Shown here one piece after another: positions 61,280-64,000 of a DNA stretch of 64,000 nucleotides. The notes beneath the pieces were generated by a model. The model was not told the origin of the DNA. It worked only from the letters and a program-made list of their open reading frames with translations, and did no database searches. The DNA lies in the NCBI RefSeq assembly GCF_004010195.1, contig NC_057756.1:8034676-8098675 (forward strand). The letters are read 5' to 3'. How positions within the stretch are numbered: position 1 is the stretch's first letter; each line of letters starts with the position of its first letter. Made by a program: the position numbers and the translations under genes. This DNA comes from Chiloscyllium plagiosum. Taxonomy: Eukaryota.

Positions 61280-64000
61280 CTACATCGTTCTCTTCAAATT
61301 TAGACAATGTTTGGACGCATTTAACCAGATCCCCATCGGGCCTTTGTCTATGATGGGACTGCTCTCTAGCCCTGTCCTCATTACTGTTTCTGCTTTTCAC
61401 CTCTACCTCCACCATTTTAAGTCAACTTTGAGTTTTCACTTCTAAGCCCTGAAGTTCAAAAGCTCTCTCTTTCTCCTCTTCTTCACTCTCTTTCTCTTCG
61501 CTCTTTCTCCCTTTCTTCTGCGAGAGCCTTCCATTCCTTTGCTTTCTCCTCTGCTTTTAAACACAATTCAAACTGTTTCATTTCCTTTTTTCTTTCTTTT
61601 CTTTCTGCCACAACTATTCTTTCCATTTCTTTTTTTTTCCCTCGCCACTGTCTTTAATCCAAGCTGCTTCATTTGCAGTTGAACTTTAGTCATTTCCAAA
61701 GACCCTGAGACATTCCTGGCAATTGGAAATGCTGAAAAATAGCCATAATCATCTCCCCTTTTCCTCACAGACAGAGGCAACAACACTTCCAGCTTGTTTG
61801 CCAATTCCAAAATCATTTCCTTGCTCACTTTCTATTAAGCCCCTGAAGTGCCTTCTTCCACCCCTAGGAAGCCAAGGTACACGCTGTTCAAACCAGCCAA
61901 ATGCAACACACAAAGTAAACAAAAACTAAAACCTACCACTCACTGCGTTTGAGTCCAACAATCCTCAGCCCAACCTGGAATTAAAGGTTTGGATCCTGAC
62001 AAGAGCCATCAATTTGTTATGAGCCAGACGAAACCCCCTCCTAGCTTTTTCTTATTTTGAGGGCAAGTGTCAGGTGTTGTATTCCAGATGCAATTCAATT
62101 AGTCAAACTACTCAACATTACGCAAAACTCACTTTATTTATACACTACAGTTAAAATACAACAAACGAAAGCAACAATTGGAATACCTTGACCCCATTGG
62201 AAAACTTAACAGAATAATGGGTGACTTAACTGCTGAAACAATTACTGCTCCAATACAGAAACCTGCCATAAACACATCCTTAGTAAAGGCAAACTCAGTA
62301 AAGAAGAAGATTATCTCACAGGCAATTCTCCAGTCTGGAGGAAAGGCATCAAGAGAAAACACTGAGAGAGAGAGAGGGAGAGAGTAGCAGGGAGTGATGT
62401 ACTGCAGCTTCCAAACCCAGCTTCAAGGTCCCAGCAATTCCTCCTGAACATCTCAAACTGAAAAACCTGGTCCTGGGGAGCTTGAACCAACCCATTCAGA
62501 CCACTTCTATTGTTCTAATTTCAAAGAAAAACCCCCAAGGCCTCACAAGTTGTTTATTGGAAGGAAATAGACAGCTCATTACCTCTGTCTTAAAACCGCT
62601 CTTTAAAAACTGCTCAAAATACACTTCTTAAAGCCACAGTATCATCACATAATAGTGGAACGGGATGGCCTAGTGGTATTATTACTGAAATGCAATCTAG
62701 AGACCAAGGTAATGACCTGGGAACCTGGGTTTGAATCACGCCATGGCAGATGCTGGGATTTGAATTCAACAAAATGTCTGGAATTTGGGCTCTAATGATG
62801 ACCATGAATCCATTGTTGATTGTCAGGAAAAATTCACATGGTTCATTGATGCCCATCAGGGAAGGAAACTACCATCCTCACCTGGTCTGGTCTGAATGTG
62901 ATTTTAGACCTTTACCTTCGGAATGGACAATAAATGATGGCCTCACTGGTGCTGCCCACATCCCGTAAGTGAACAGAAAAACAAGCATCCAGACTTATGT
63001 TCATCAATTCCAAGAGACCTTGTGACTGCAGACAAGTGCCAGCAGGAGGCCTTCAATGATAATGGACGGAATGTGATGCTGTTGAGTTGACAACAGAGCA
63101 GACAGCTTTTAGTTTTTGCTTTTGATTTGTTTTCAGAAGGGAGAACCGTTTCCCCTGGCAGGAAATTCAGGATTTTAGTTCAGGGGAAGCAGTCGCTGCA
63201 AAGTGTTTTAGATTTTGGATCTTCCAAGCTGAGAAAGTTTGCACGCCATTCTGAATCCATTTGTAGCTTTAGATCAACTAGCTCATTGCAAATACTGCAT
63301 TCATTCATGTTGTCTTTTGGACCTCATTCTGTTTTCGAAGCACACTCAATGATCACTTCGTTCTCCTGTTTTCTATTTTCCGTCCCAGCTTTTCTCAGGT
63401 CTCTTCCCAACTTTAATTCCTTCCCATTAGTGTTCCCCCTCACACGCCTGTCAGTTATCTGCCTGACATACCAGGTAAAGCCATCCCCAGCAACACTCAC
63501 ATTAGAAATCTGATGTTTTCCCTCCTCCACCAGTTCCCTACACACGTACAATCCATCAATCACCCTGTTCTGATGCTCTCTGTCACATGATACTGACAGC
63601 AAGCCCAAGATTACTGCTCTTGAGATCTTATCATTTAAGATTGTTCCTAATGCCCCGAATTCAGCTTTCAGGGTCTCATCTCTCTTGCTGTATGCGTCAA
63701 TAGTCACAGTGGGGACCTTGAGTTCTGACTGATTCCTTTACCCGAGAAGGACGTCCTGCAACCATTCTATGACAGACCTGATCCTAGCATCAAGGGGGCA
63801 ATGCTCCATATTGGAGTCATTTTCCATGCCACACGAATCCCAGCAGAGACTTTGGTCACTTCAAGTCAACTCCTTTTAAATCGATACTTATTACAGTAAA
63901 TTAAAACATTGTCTAGATGAAACAGAGGACAAAGGAATGATCGATAAAACTGACCATAGTCCCTCAATTTTCTTTGGACATGGGAGAGGAAGCAAGTTTT
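61280..64000. repeat. Segmental duplicate of about 1930-5920 (gag remnant, LTR 62015-62649, SINE, CR1 ORF1)
   Basis: The same TE junctions occur in the same order. ORFs 4958-5398 and 63127-63513 are nearly identical. Confidence 0.9.

Overview
This is eukaryotic DNA, and the HE1-type V-SINEs, CR1 LINEs and Penelope-like elements point to a cartilaginous fish (shark). It contains short-read assembly gaps and is mostly decayed transposons. The host genes are a tandem cluster of four two-exon class A GPCRs of the GPR139/GPR142-like type. Receptor B (30646-30727 + 36042-36931) looks intact at 323 aa. Receptor A (13468-13537 + 17935-18587, 240 aa) is open but has an in-frame loss of about two helices. 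Receptors C (+) and D (-) are convergent pseudogenes in an inverted duplication. The short first exons of A and B are not in the ORF track and were found by splice-phase analysis. The promoter of B has a homeodomain site, a perfect O/E (EBF) palindrome and a TATA box, which suggests (inference only) an unrecognised chemosensory receptor family. Other notable structures are minimal hammerhead ribozyme motifs in two Penelope families, a Gmr1-type Gypsy element (integrase before RT) with an internal inversion, a three-LTR tandem mini-retrotransposon in the intron of B, apparent gene-conversion tracts, and a segmental duplication with copies about 58 kb apart. All comparisons were made by eye and no database searches were run.
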